Shown one piece after another: positions 26,102 through 37,136 of a stretch of 64,000 nt of DNA. The notes under the pieces are model-generated. The model had not been told where the DNA came from. It was given only the letters and a program-made list of their open reading frames with translations, and did not search any database. Both the position numbers and the translations under genes were made by a program. The stretch lies in the IMG/VR virus record IMGVR_UViG_3300005686_000008; one strand, given 5' to 3'. Position 1 is the stretch's first letter. Each line of letters starts with the position of its first letter. The stretch is from a virus. Its lineage: Duplodnaviria; Caudoviricetes.

Positions 26102-28596
26102 AGATAATAGATACACATTCTGGGTGGTTCAAGGAAGCTCAGCTATCCAATTATTTAGTTCAATTGGGGTACAGCCAGCAGTTTATCCAATACGTTTCTA
26201 CATTACCAAAGCATGTTCAAAAGGCGATTGGCAACGAGATAAATAGCAATGGTCCTATTCCTGAACCTCAGTTTATGCCAATGATTCAGCAGTTTCTTTC
26301 TCAGCCGCCTCCGGCCCCAGGTCCAGTTCAGAAAAATCAACCAAGGACTCCGGTTCTTGATGCAAGATTTGCCAACCCGCAAGCAAAAGAAGAGTTTTTC
26401 AAGACCATACCAAAAGAATACGTTCCTTGGGTTATTGGGCAATTGAATAATCAAAGAACGCAGTTTATACCAGATGAAGATTCTCCAAGATTGATTGGCG
26501 CTCTTAAGGCCTTTACTGAACTCAAAGGCAGAGCAGATATTCCTATTGAGAAAGACATAAACAAATATCAAAACCTGTTAGAACTCGAAAATGTTGTTGA
26601 GAGATATTCTGGCACTGGCTCTAAGTCAGGCGGCTATTTACAGTACAATCCAATGAAACTCCCGGGAGTTGAACTTATTGCGACTCTCAAGAACGGAGAA
26701 CAGCTTTACAAAGTTTCTGATGTTGGTTCTGTCGAAAAAATGGGGCTTGGAACAAAATGGTGTACAAGAGGAGACTATGGATCTCGCAGCATGGCTGAAA
26801 GATACATACAGGAATATAAGCATTTGTTTATTATGGTAAAAGACGGCAAGCCATATATGCAGATGACTCCTGACCTTTATCAAATTATGGATGTAAAAGA
26901 TAATCCCATGCCTCTTCCAAAAGAGCTATACAAAATGTTTGGCCCTCAGTATGCTAAACAGATTGGCGTAACTCCCCAGGTTTTGCAGTTATTTGAACAA
27001 GAAGGCGCTGATAAGAACGAGGAGCTTCTTCTAAAGACTGTTGCGAAATCTCCAAATGCAATAAGACTTGCATCTCCTGAGTTAAAGATGAATCCTCAGT
27101 TTGCTATACGAGCTATACAAAATGGCGTGGATTCTAGCGAGTTTGAAGATTTGCTAAATGATAAACATATTGGCGATGATTTTACAAATGTTGTTGAAAG
27201 ATTGCAAGGCAATTACGATTATAGAAACTTGAGCTACAGAGATCTTAGCGACGATCTTGAAAATATCATTTTTGGAAAAGATAACTTTGGAGTAGAGGTA
27301 AGCCTTTCTAGTTGGGACTATACAGAGGCGTATGATGAGGTTCTTGAAGAACTAAGCGGGCGTTCTGGCGGCTACAATAATGATGGAGGAGGCGAAACTC
27401 ATTATTGCGCGAAAGTTCTTGCAAGAGCGGCCATTGAATCTGACATGTGGAAAATAAAAGAGGGAGACTTCAAGCAAGACAAGATAATGTATATTGCTCT
27501 TGGTTTAGCACAAAGCCATCGTAAAGTAAGTAAGATGAACTACGAAAGATCAAATAACGCATACGTTAATCCTCTTATTGAACCATTCCTGGAACCTGCA
27601 AGAAAAGAAATTGAAGAAAGTCTTAAGTATTATGGCAATACTGGAATGGTCAGACCGGATGATTTTGAACAAAGAGTTAGAAAAAGAGCTTTTGAGAAGA
27701 TGCAAGAAGAAAGAAAGTATCCAAATCTAAAGTCTCTTGACGAACTCGATCCGGCTGTTAAGAGAAACTATATTTGCGAAGCTATAGACAAGACTTCTAG
27801 AATATCTCAAGTTTATGATAGAAGACAAAAGAATGATGAGGATTTCTATTTTGAAGATGATTGGATGGAATATCCAGACGAGCCAGATCCTGATGATTTT
27901 GAGAGCGATGATGATTATAGAAAAGCTTATGATGAATGGGAAACCGCAAAAGACAGTCAAAGAGAAGAAGCAGAAACTGAACATAGAAATAATAACCTTC
28001 CTTGGTGTTTGGATGATGCAGTTATAGAGGAAATGGCAAGACTACTTGAAACGACCTACAAGAGTTCTATGAAGCTTCCGTCATGGATGGTTAAAATGTT
28101 TGGGTCTCAAAAGAGCGGATCTCGTCCTCAGTTGATATGGTCGCTTGAGCATCTAATAAGAAAGGCTAAGAAGCCGAAGGCTACCGTAAAGACTAAGAAG
28201 CCAAAAAGAAAGGTAAAAGCAAACGGGTGGTATAGTGTAGCAGGAAACTTGTCAGAGGAGGAATTGGAGAAAAAGAGAAAAAGCGATTTCACAAAACAAT
28301 ATCTAGAGACTGAAATAGAATGTGTCGGCTATCATCACGGGCAAACTGACATGATGGTAAGAGCATATGACACATATACGAATCAATATGTGGGCTATTT
28401 GAGCTATAGTATTTTCAATGATGAGATTCATGTTTCCATGATTGAGGTTCTTCCAAACTACAGAAGGCAAGGAGTAGGCACCCTTCTTATAAAGAAAATG
28501 AAAGAAGAAAATCCTAAAGAGAAACTCGTTCCGGGTTTATTTACAAGCGATGGTTATCCATTTTTCAAGGCCATGAAAAGAAGAAGGGTTGTTTGA
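26098..28596 (+). CDS. multidomain protein: WCT/PcfJ-like domain plus C-terminal GNAT
   Basis: MGLGTKWCTRG; IEVLPNYRRQGVGTLL. Confidence 0.7.
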   Translation: MKIIDTHSGWFKEAQLSNYLVQLGYSQQFIQYVSTLPKHVQKAIGNEINSNGPIPEPQFMPMIQQFLSQPPPAPGPVQKNQPRTPVLDARFANPQAKEEFFKTIPKEYVPWVIGQLNNQRTQFIPDEDSPRLIGALKAFTELKGRADIPIEKDINKYQNLLELENVVERYSGTGSKSGGYLQYNPMKLPGVELIATLKNGEQLYKVSDVGSVEKMGLGTKWCTRGDYGSRSMAERYIQEYKHLFIMVKDGKPYMQMTPDLYQIMDVKDNPMPLPKELYKMFGPQYAKQIGVTPQVLQLFEQEGADKNEELLLKTVAKSPNAIRLASPELKMNPQFAIRAIQNGVDSSEFEDLLNDKHIGDDFTNVVERLQGNYDYRNLSYRDLSDDLENIIFGKDNFGVEVSLSSWDYTEAYDEVLEELSGRSGGYNNDGGGETHYCAKVLARAAIESDMWKIKEGDFKQDKIMYIALGLAQSHRKVSKMNYERSNNAYVNPLIEPFLEPARKEIEESLKYYGNTGMVRPDDFEQRVRKRAFEKMQEERKYPNLKSLDELDPAVKRNYICEAIDKTSRISQVYDRRQKNDEDFYFEDDWMEYPDEPDPDDFESDDDYRKAYDEWETAKDSQREEAETEHRNNNLPWCLDDAVIEEMARLLETTYKSSMKLPSWMVKMFGSQKSGSRPQLIWSLEHLIRKAKKPKATVKTKKPKRKVKANGWYSVAGNLSEEELEKKRKSDFTKQYLETEIECVGYHHGQTDMMVRAYDTYTNQYVGYLSYSIFNDEIHVSMIEVLPNYRRQGVGTLLIKKMKEENPKEKLVPGLFTSDGYPFFKAMKRRRVV

Positions 28597-28702
28597 TATC
28601 TATAACTTGGCTTAGAGACCAGTTCGGTCTTGTAGAAAATAGAGGTATTTTCTATACCAACTAAGTTTCAGAGAAGAGAGAGAAGACATGACAAGACCTG
28701 CG

Positions 28703-28730
28703 CCCGCTTCTTTATTGAAGCGGGTTTTTT
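28703..28730 (+). terminator. intrinsic terminator
   Basis: CCCGCTTC-loop-GAAGCGGG followed by T6. Confidence 0.8.
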
Positions 28731-28839
28731 ATTAGTATTTTGTCGAAAATGATTATAGATAAACGTTAACAGAAAGAAGGATGAAGGCTTTTTTTAGCGA
28801 AATATAGAGGTAGCCTCTAAAATAGTGGAGTCATGTCTA

Positions 28840-31800
28840 ATGGGATGGTTTTCAACAGCAAAATTGCTAGTAAAGTTCGCAGGCCCTAAAGAGAGAATCC
28901 AGCAGTTTAAGATCACAGATCCTGATTTGCAGCTCTTTATTATGCGTTATGATCAGCTCATTAAATGGGGCGGCTATACTGTTGAAAACCCAGGAACAGG
29001 CGAAATTATACAAAAGAAGATTGACCCCAAAAATGGACCTGCTGATGTCAATGAATATATAAAGACCCAACTTGTTCCTAGAGTTTTGAACAAAACTGAG
29101 GAAAAGACTCCAGAAGACGAAATAAATAAAGATAGTTATTTCATGAAAGATTATAATATTGAAGAACGATATAACTTCAATAAACTTAATAACATTCACA
29201 ATCCAGAATTGGAACACGCTTATTGGCTTTGGCAGAATGATCCCAAAGCAGGCGTTGCCTTTTATTTAGGAGTTATTAACAAACAAAAGAAAGATGTATA
29301 TAATGGATGGAAAGAACTTCTTGTAAATCATCAAGAGTATTCTGCTCATCCGGCTTTTGTTTATATGGTACTTTCTCAGGTAGTTGAATCTTCTGATGCT
29401 TCTCAAGAGAAGCCGCCAGTACAGGCAAATCCAATTGTTTTGGCTAAGATGTTCAACAAAGTTAATAAAGCGGTTTTCAAATATAATGGACCAATTAAGG
29501 ATGAAGGGATATATAAGAAGATTCTTGCTCTTTCTAGAGAGACTCTTTCTCCGGAAAAGATATCTGAAACATCAGAAGTTCCGGTGGAAAAAGTTCAGCA
29601 AATTCTTGGATTAAGAGGTAAGAAACTTAATGAAATAGCAAACGAGACTGGAATACCTCAACCTAAAGTTCAACAGGTTATGGGGCTTGCTAAAGAGACT
29701 CGTCCTGCCGCCGATATTGCAGCCGAGACCGGAGTTCCTGTTGATCATGTTCAGGGAGTTATAGATCAAAATAACTCATCTAAGATTGATATTCTAAAGA
29801 CTTATCAAAAAGATCTAAACGAACATAGCCTTGAAATGACAAGGCAGATTTTTGATGAGAAGACAAAATCCGGTTGGATTAAGTTGCCTATGAAAGACAA
29901 CGTAAAGCCCGGAGTTGACGAGAAAGGCAATCCTCTCACAAAAGAACAAGTTTGGGATAAGAACCTAGACATATTGAACAACTTCTCTCTTCCTAATAGC
30001 TGGTGTACCACAAAGAATGTTAATGGTCCATTATACTTATCTGAGGGCGACTTCTGGATTCTTGTTGAAAACGGCAAGGGTTGTGTTGGTATTCGATTTG
30101 GCGAAAAGAATAAGAAAATATATGAGATTGCCGGGGACCAAAGTTTTGCTGGCGGAGTAAGTCGTTCTTGTCCTGTTACTTATTGGAGAGAGATTACAGA
30201 TCTCATATTCAGAGAAGGACTTGAACCAATGATAACTGGCTCTGCGAGGTATCATTGGGAAAGAATTCTCAAAGAAAGAGATAATAACAAGAGCTACTTC
30301 AATGATGATGGAACTCCAAATATGGAGGAAATTGAAGAGCTTATTACAAGAATCAAAGCAGACCCATCCTTGTATAACAATGCTATAAAAAATGAACAAT
30401 TCCAAGAGTTTCCAGAGATAATGCAATCTCTTCAAACAGCTTGTAAGGAAGCGTGGTTTAAGAAAATTCATGCTCTTCAAGGAGCTGACGCTTTCCAGCT
30501 TGCTGAAGATGTTGCTCAAAATGCAGCTCAAATGCCAGATTTCGTTCTAAGAGATCCGGCTTTTATTGAGAATGTTCACGGCAGACTTGCCGCTATGTAT
30601 CAAAACTCCCCTGAACAAGTTGCAAAAGTTTTGGGCAAAGTTCCTAACCACTGGGACATATATCCAAGAGGTAAAGAGATATTTAAGCAAGCAGTTATCA
30701 ATAAGTATGCAAGCGGTTTATATTGGAAATCTAACGTCTTTAGTACAAGTAGAAAAACAAAGGAGATGAAAGAGAGAATAAGGGTTGCCAAAAAGGAGTT
30801 TGAAGATATTCAGAAGGCCATTGGCGATTACATGCCGGAATTAAACGCAGACCATGAGTTTGAAATGGCTATTCAGCAAGCGAAAGTAGAAAGCGCTCCT
30901 GCGGCCATGATAGAGGGTTATTTTGCTATTGATATGCCTCGCGATGCTGTTGCTCAGTTTTTTGATAATCCGGAAAACGTAGATGCTATGGCTAATAACC
31001 TTTCTACAAAAATAAGTCCAGAAGTAAAAGACCCAAGAGATGTAAGAAGAGACCATTCTGTATACTTAGATAAAACATTTGAAAAAGAGCTTTCAGCTAT
31101 TGCTCCATTATGGGTTCGTAGACTTCCTGGATTCCAGTCTTTTGCTGATAAAGTAAAACAAAAGGTTCTTAGAACTAACATTGATATGTTTAGAAAATTT
31201 GAACCTCAATTCAAGAATGATGAGCTTTTCCAAGAGTACAAAAAACACATGCTTCAGCAAGGAGCTTTAAGAAACAGACTAAGATGGGGAGATGAAGAAA
31301 TAGATCCAAGACTTCTTGCCGATCCTGATTATCAAAAAGCGACAGGTCAGGTTGATGATCAAAACATCAATCAAGTTCTTACAATAATGAGAACAAGAGC
31401 ATCTGCATTCCTTACTCTTCCACTGGAAACTCAGCAAAATCCAAAGATTCAAGAGGCATATATTGCAGCAAGAGCAACAACAACAAATGATGCGTTTAAG
31501 GCTCTTCTTGTAAAAGAGTTCCCTCGTTTGCCAGACTTTATGAAAGAAGATCAAAGACTATTGAATGCATATATACTAACAGTTATTAACCTTCTTATAG
31601 TAGCAAGACCTGGATCTAAACAATATCTTGACTGCAAAGATATTGACCCAATGGCGTATATTGAACCAAGAATTATTGAATTGTGCAAAGCCAGAGGAAC
31701 TCCAATCGCCTATAATGCCGAACCATTACCAGAGATAGATCAAGGCGATATTGAATTTGGCGGACCAGATATTCCTCCAGATGAACCAGATAATCCTAAT

Positions 31801-31851
31801 GTAATAGCATCTCAACTAGGCTGGTATAGGAAATCTTCGATAATATATTGA
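28840..31851 (+). CDS. large protein with tandem HTH-like repeats and a WCT/PcfJ-like domain
   Basis: Three I(S/A)xE(T/S)xVPxxxVQ-like repeats; PNSWCTTK; WF/WY tags at both ends. Confidence 0.7.
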   Translation: MGWFSTAKLLVKFAGPKERIQQFKITDPDLQLFIMRYDQLIKWGGYTVENPGTGEIIQKKIDPKNGPADVNEYIKTQLVPRVLNKTEEKTPEDEINKDSYFMKDYNIEERYNFNKLNNIHNPELEHAYWLWQNDPKAGVAFYLGVINKQKKDVYNGWKELLVNHQEYSAHPAFVYMVLSQVVESSDASQEKPPVQANPIVLAKMFNKVNKAVFKYNGPIKDEGIYKKILALSRETLSPEKISETSEVPVEKVQQILGLRGKKLNEIANETGIPQPKVQQVMGLAKETRPAADIAAETGVPVDHVQGVIDQNNSSKIDILKTYQKDLNEHSLEMTRQIFDEKTKSGWIKLPMKDNVKPGVDEKGNPLTKEQVWDKNLDILNNFSLPNSWCTTKNVNGPLYLSEGDFWILVENGKGCVGIRFGEKNKKIYEIAGDQSFAGGVSRSCPVTYWREITDLIFREGLEPMITGSARYHWERILKERDNNKSYFNDDGTPNMEEIEELITRIKADPSLYNNAIKNEQFQEFPEIMQSLQTACKEAWFKKIHALQGADAFQLAEDVAQNAAQMPDFVLRDPAFIENVHGRLAAMYQNSPEQVAKVLGKVPNHWDIYPRGKEIFKQAVINKYASGLYWKSNVFSTSRKTKEMKERIRVAKKEFEDIQKAIGDYMPELNADHEFEMAIQQAKVESAPAAMIEGYFAIDMPRDAVAQFFDNPENVDAMANNLSTKISPEVKDPRDVRRDHSVYLDKTFEKELSAIAPLWVRRLPGFQSFADKVKQKVLRTNIDMFRKFEPQFKNDELFQEYKKHMLQQGALRNRLRWGDEEIDPRLLADPDYQKATGQVDDQNINQVLTIMRTRASAFLTLPLETQQNPKIQEAYIAARATTTNDAFKALLVKEFPRLPDFMKEDQRLLNAYILTVINLLIVARPGSKQYLDCKDIDPMAYIEPRIIELCKARGTPIAYNAEPLPEIDQGDIEFGGPDIPPDEPDNPNVIASQLGWYRKSSIIY

Positions 31852-31875
31852 AGAACAAGATAGTATGGAGAAAAG

Positions 31876-34800
31876 ATGAGTAGCTCATATTTTGATATTA
31901 CCAAGATTGCTCAGGCTGAAGATGAAGTACCTTTAGAAGAGGTACAACCGCTACAGCCAAGGCAACCAATACAACCAGCACAACCGGCTCAACCAGTACA
32001 GCCTCCACAAGGACAACAGGTTCAGCCTCAACCAATTCGTCCACCTGGTCAACCTCAAGAACAACTCAACAATCAAAGAAAAGTTATTTTTGTTGAAGAA
32101 CAAGCTTATGGAGTATCTTGGACTAACATTATCGTTCAAATCAATGATTTGAAAAAAGAAGAACTAAAAAGCCTAAAAACATTACCTGAATTATACATTC
32201 ATTCTCTTAGGAGGCCAGACGGTTCTTTGCCAACTTGGGCAACTGCTATAAATCCTTACAAGAAAAATGCTTTATTACCTGCTCACTTTAAGCTGTTTTC
32301 CGATCAGAAAAACAAAAGAGGGCCGGGTTTCTATAGTATAGGAATAACAGAACAACCATTTTTTGAACAAATTCTTCAAGAGCTTACCAATATGGGTTTT
32401 GATGTGTCTCAAATACAGAGATTCTTGAAACCAAAACAAATAGAAGGGCCACAAGAACAGCAAGTTGCAGCTTTTGAACCTATACAGATTACAGAAGTAA
32501 GCTGGGACGAGTTTATACTAAACTTCAAAAAGAACAACGATGTTACAAACTTCATTAAAATGAACAGGATTGGAGCAAGATGGAATCCTGAAGTTGATGT
32601 TGGTGGAGGAAGAAAAGGAGGATGGGTATTCTTGCTTAGAGGCAATCCCCCAATTCTTCCATCAGCACTAGAGGCTCTTGCTGAGTTTATGAGACAGAAG
32701 GGATTTGATGTTACAAGACTACTTCAAATTACTGAGAAATACAAGAAAACTCTTGAAGAAAATAAAGAGAATTTACAAGACCCAAATAAGACAATTATCG
32801 TTAGAGATATAAGCGATAATACCAAATTCCTATTATCTATCTCTTTCCCAAGGACACCGATTCTTCAAAGAGAGTTAGAAGATTTTGTTAGATTCTCATT
32901 CCCAAGTAAGGCCAATCTTACCGATTTGCGACCAGAACCGCCTCAAGCTCATGGTAATGTACTTCCTCCTCAGCTCAAACAACTTCCAAATGGTAGATAT
33001 GAACCAACAGGAATGAGACTTGAGCAAGAAAACAGATGGTGTGTTTATGGAAAGTTTGATGAGTTTTATCGCTTTGCTTCTCTTGTAAAGAGCAGAGGTT
33101 GGGATGTAACTAATCTTAGAGTAGCTCTAAGCCTTTTGTTACGAGCCGGTAAAATGGAAAGAACAAGATATCCAGGAGAGCTTGATGGATATGAAGTTAA
33201 AGATGAGGCCGGTAGACAAATAAGAGACAAAAGGGGAAACCCGGAATTTGATTACAAAACATTCTATAAAGATGTTGAGAAATCAGTTAAGAATGTTGAA
33301 CTGTTTCCAAAGCAAAAAGACGGCGTTCGTTGGCTATATGAAAGAAACAATGCTATTTTGGGAGATAAAACCGGAACAGGAAAAACTCTTACTACTCTTG
33401 CAGCCGCCAAAATGAGACTTGAACGTAGCGGCGGAAACTGCCTTATCATAACTCTTAAAGCAACACAGCTTCAATGGGCAAATGAAATTGTTGATAAGCT
33501 AGGAGAAGATCCTTCGCAAGTATCATTTAACCCATCAGATAACAAGAGATGGACAATAATAACCTATTCTAATCTTTCTGTTGACCCTCAAGTTGGTCAA
33601 GACGGAAACATTATTAGAAGACCAACGGGAGCTCCTGCTGTCAAAGAAAGATGGAGATCTAGACAAGCGATACTTGATGGTCTTTTTACGGCAAAATATT
33701 CTGTTGCCATTTTTGACGAAGCCCATCTTATTAAGAATGCAAAAAGCGCTATGGCCAGAATCGTAGGAATGCTTGCTCCTTCTATTCCGTTTAAGTGGGC
33801 AGCATCTGCTACATCTGTAGCCAATACCGCTATTGACGTTCATAACGTTTTGAATGTTGTAGACCACACTCTTGGCAAGCTAGATGCTAGGGACTTTAAC
33901 AAAGAATTCGTTGGCTCAAAGATTTCAACAACAGATTTCAAAGATGAGAATAAGGCAAAAGCCGCGCTTATTCAACAAGAAGAAAGAGCGTACAATCTTA
34001 GAAAGTGGCTTACCCTTTCCGGCGCTTATTTGAGCAGATCTCAAAAATCTATCAATCCAAATCTTCCAGAACACAAAATCGGAGAGAACTATATTTTAGA
34101 AGAAGATTTTGATATGGAAGCATTTAGAGACGAACTTGATAGGCTTAGGATAAGGTATGCCGGAAATGCAGGACATGCTCTTGCAGGACTTACTGGGCAA
34201 AGAAAGAAACTTGCCGAGCTAAAGGTTCCTCACACGATAGCGAAGGCTAAGGAAATACTTGATAGAGATGAAAAGGTTCTGGTTTTCTCTAACTTTAGAG
34301 GGGTATGTAAGCAGATATACGCAGAGCTGTTACAGTATGTTAAAACCAAAGATCCTGACTTCCAAGTTGTAAGGATTATGGGAGACGATAACGGCGCTGT
34401 AATTATGGACGCTGTTGAGAAGTTCAAAGATCCAGAAGGTATTGCTAGGGCTATGGTTATTTCCGCTAAAAAGGGAGGAACCGGAATCAGTCTTGAGAAC
34501 TCCGCAAGCAATGTTATAATGAATGACTTTGACTGGTCTCCATATACTGCCGAGCAGACAGAAGGAAGAGCATTCAGAATTAACAACTTTATGCCAGTAA
34601 ATACTCATTACATGGTTGTAAAGGGAGAAAACGGAAGACTCAATCCAGATGAAATATTCTATAAGTTCGTAAGAAGCAAGATTAGGATTGCGAACATTAT
34701 TCAGAATCTCGATGCAGAAGCAGAAGAATATATTCTAAGCGGATTCAATGACGCGAAGATTCAAGAGAACATTGCTAAAGCAAGGCAAGAAGATAGGGAA

Positions 34801-35007
34801 ATAAACCTACAACTCGGTCGAGATGCTTTACAATTCTTTGAGCAAGAAGGTATTGCTTTTGGCGGCAATGAAGATCCAGACCAAATAGCCTTTGACTTCG
34901 AAGATGAGGCAGGAAGAAGAGCAATTGATGAAGAAGATGATGACGACGAAGAGGATGTAAATAAGCAAGCATCTTCTTGGTATGACAAGGCTTCCATTTA
35001 CGGGTAA
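31876..35007 (+). CDS. SNF2-family (SF2) helicase/ATPase
   Basis: LGDKTGTGKT; IFDEAH; KVLVFSNF; GGTGISL; DWSP...QTEGRAFR. Confidence 0.9.
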   Translation: MSSSYFDITKIAQAEDEVPLEEVQPLQPRQPIQPAQPAQPVQPPQGQQVQPQPIRPPGQPQEQLNNQRKVIFVEEQAYGVSWTNIIVQINDLKKEELKSLKTLPELYIHSLRRPDGSLPTWATAINPYKKNALLPAHFKLFSDQKNKRGPGFYSIGITEQPFFEQILQELTNMGFDVSQIQRFLKPKQIEGPQEQQVAAFEPIQITEVSWDEFILNFKKNNDVTNFIKMNRIGARWNPEVDVGGGRKGGWVFLLRGNPPILPSALEALAEFMRQKGFDVTRLLQITEKYKKTLEENKENLQDPNKTIIVRDISDNTKFLLSISFPRTPILQRELEDFVRFSFPSKANLTDLRPEPPQAHGNVLPPQLKQLPNGRYEPTGMRLEQENRWCVYGKFDEFYRFASLVKSRGWDVTNLRVALSLLLRAGKMERTRYPGELDGYEVKDEAGRQIRDKRGNPEFDYKTFYKDVEKSVKNVELFPKQKDGVRWLYERNNAILGDKTGTGKTLTTLAAAKMRLERSGGNCLIITLKATQLQWANEIVDKLGEDPSQVSFNPSDNKRWTIITYSNLSVDPQVGQDGNIIRRPTGAPAVKERWRSRQAILDGLFTAKYSVAIFDEAHLIKNAKSAMARIVGMLAPSIPFKWAASATSVANTAIDVHNVLNVVDHTLGKLDARDFNKEFVGSKISTTDFKDENKAKAALIQQEERAYNLRKWLTLSGAYLSRSQKSINPNLPEHKIGENYILEEDFDMEAFRDELDRLRIRYAGNAGHALAGLTGQRKKLAELKVPHTIAKAKEILDRDEKVLVFSNFRGVCKQIYAELLQYVKTKDPDFQVVRIMGDDNGAVIMDAVEKFKDPEGIARAMVISAKKGGTGISLENSASNVIMNDFDWSPYTAEQTEGRAFRINNFMPVNTHYMVVKGENGRLNPDEIFYKFVRSKIRIANIIQNLDAEAEEYILSGFNDAKIQENIAKARQEDREINLQLGRDALQFFEQEGIAFGGNEDPDQIAFDFEDEAGRRAIDEEDDDDEEDVNKQASSWYDKASIYG

Positions 35008-35070
35008 TCGTGAAAAAGAATAATTCAAACAGCGAACTTGTCGATTCCTAATCAGATATTGGAGGAAACA

Positions 35071-35883
35071 ATGGACGAGTATCGCTTTTGTGTGAGAGTG
35101 TTTTTGACCGATAAGTGCGAAGACTCCATAGAGGACATTCTTCATGGCGACGGGTCTTCTCTTGGCCCTACCTTTGACCAGATTCAGCAGGAAGCAAAGA
35201 AATATAAGGGAAATTTTACAGACTGGGATGTTATGATTTGCGATTATGGTTTTCCGTCTGAAGAAAAAGCAAGCAAATTTATCCAAAACATCCGAAGGAA
35301 ATTCTCTGGTAAAATTGATCTAGAATACATGGGAAAGAAAGATTTTGAAAATCCCAAGGACAAAAAAGTATTTCAGGAATTACCAACACCGCTTCCTGAA
35401 AGAATAGGAGCGATAACTCCTTCTCAGTTTCGTTCTCTCAAAGTAAAAATTCACATTATAGAGACGGATGCCTTATTCACTTTTCAAAGCGAAGACACTA
35501 AAGATATTTACAGAATGACATATGCTAATCTGGAATGTAAAACCAGAAACAAAATAATAAGCCACAGTGTTCTTCTCAGGTCTGCCTCAAAAATATTCAA
35601 AACCATTTTTGAAACTACAGGAAAAAGCAATTCAAAACTGGAAGAAGCAAAAGCTTCTGGATGGACAGACCATGATATATACTATGATTCTATTATCAAT
35701 GGAGTCTTCAAAAAAGATATCTTTGAAGATACATACAATGGAGCATCTTGTCCTGAAATAAATTTTGCATTTACACATGCGGTAATTGTGGTTTGCGACT
35801 ACTTTGGGGATCAGTTCATTGGCTGGTATTTTTACAATGAAAATCTTGACGAACCAATGCATTACACAAATTACACGGTGTGA
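35071..35883 (+). CDS. hypothetical protein
   Basis: GGAGG RBS before ATG at 35071. Confidence 0.75.
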   Translation: MDEYRFCVRVFLTDKCEDSIEDILHGDGSSLGPTFDQIQQEAKKYKGNFTDWDVMICDYGFPSEEKASKFIQNIRRKFSGKIDLEYMGKKDFENPKDKKVFQELPTPLPERIGAITPSQFRSLKVKIHIIETDALFTFQSEDTKDIYRMTYANLECKTRNKIISHSVLLRSASKIFKTIFETTGKSNSKLEEAKASGWTDHDIYYDSIINGVFKKDIFEDTYNGASCPEINFAFTHAVIVVCDYFGDQFIGWYFYNENLDEPMHYTNYTV

Positions 35884-36120
35884 AACGCATTTGCCTATCA
35901 TTCTCTCAAGGAGCGATGGTATGCTAACTCTAAAAGATGTGGCTAAAGAGTCCGAAAGATGTAGCCTTTTACACCAAAAGCATGTAATGGGAATGCTTAT
36001 TTTGGTTCTTTTATCTGCGGCTTGGCGGCGAATAACGAGCATATGTAGAAGATAAACTTACACTTATTAGAAGATAAACCTCCGGTTGTCGATAAAGCAA
36101 TATCAACTGGAGGTTTTTTC

Positions 36121-37128
36121 ATGCTCAAAATAAAGTCGCTAGAACTATCTAACTATTCTGGATTTGAAAACAAAAGCGTTTTCAATTTTGCCAACAAAGA
36201 TGGTTCATATAAGAAGATTAATGTTTTTTATGGACCTAATGGGTGCGGAAAATCTACCGGATTGAATGCTATTGCCGTTCTTTCTAGGGCCAAAATGTAC
36301 GCAAAAAGAACAGATGATGATGAAAATCTTCTTCTTAGAAAGATGCAGTTTCATCCGGATTATGATCCGGGATATATTGCATACACTAAATATACAAACC
36401 AAATGGAAATAATAGGAATATTTGAAGAGGATGGTAAAGAGTTTGTTGTTCACATCAAAGATAATGATGTTATAAGAAATGACTTGAGCGATAGGAAAGC
36501 TGAAAACTGCGTTTATATTGATGCTGACCACCCAATAAATAATAGCAAGTTTCAAATACCAGCGGATAGGGTGAAAGACTTTATAGAGCTAGGAAGAGCT
36601 ATTTATGGTTATAACTGTAGGGTTGAAAAACCAGTTTCTTCTGAGGGGGTTAGCGCTTCAAAAGACCTTCTCAAAGAGGCCTTGTCAGCATACGCTAAAA
36701 ACGTTGATAAAATCAAAAAGAAGCCCCAAGGGGCAGTTATGACCACAGAAGAGGTGTATAATCAAATTTCTGATGCTAAAAACGATTCTTTGGCCTTTTA
36801 TCAGGACTTTATCATTGAAAAAGGCAATGTCAACGTCCACTACAAGTCTATGAGCGCTGGCGAGAAGAAAATTGCCACTCTTTTGAGAAATCTTTGCGAT
36901 CCTGAGACTATTGACAAGAGCGATATTGTTCTTGTTGATAATATTGAGATGCATGTGTATTTCAAACGTCACAAAAAGATGCTTGACAAGATTCTTGAAA
37001 TGTTCCCGCAAAAGCAGTTTATTGTGACAACTCATAGCGGCGTAATGATTGATCATGTGAGAGAAAGGTTCGGAGACGACTGTTTGTACGATATTCCGGT
37101 CATCAAGGGTCAACCCCTTGTTGACTGA
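36121..37128 (+). CDS. ABC/SMC-type ATPase (AAA_15/AAA_21-like)
   Basis: GPNGCGKS; MSAGEKK; IVLVDNIE; FIVTTHS. Confidence 0.85.
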   Translation: MLKIKSLELSNYSGFENKSVFNFANKDGSYKKINVFYGPNGCGKSTGLNAIAVLSRAKMYAKRTDDDENLLLRKMQFHPDYDPGYIAYTKYTNQMEIIGIFEEDGKEFVVHIKDNDVIRNDLSDRKAENCVYIDADHPINNSKFQIPADRVKDFIELGRAIYGYNCRVEKPVSSEGVSASKDLLKEALSAYAKNVDKIKKKPQGAVMTTEEVYNQISDAKNDSLAFYQDFIIEKGNVNVHYKSMSAGEKKIATLLRNLCDPETIDKSDIVLVDNIEMHVYFKRHKKMLDKILEMFPQKQFIVTTHSGVMIDHVRERFGDDCLYDIPVIKGQPLVD

Positions 37129-37136
37129 GATGTGCT

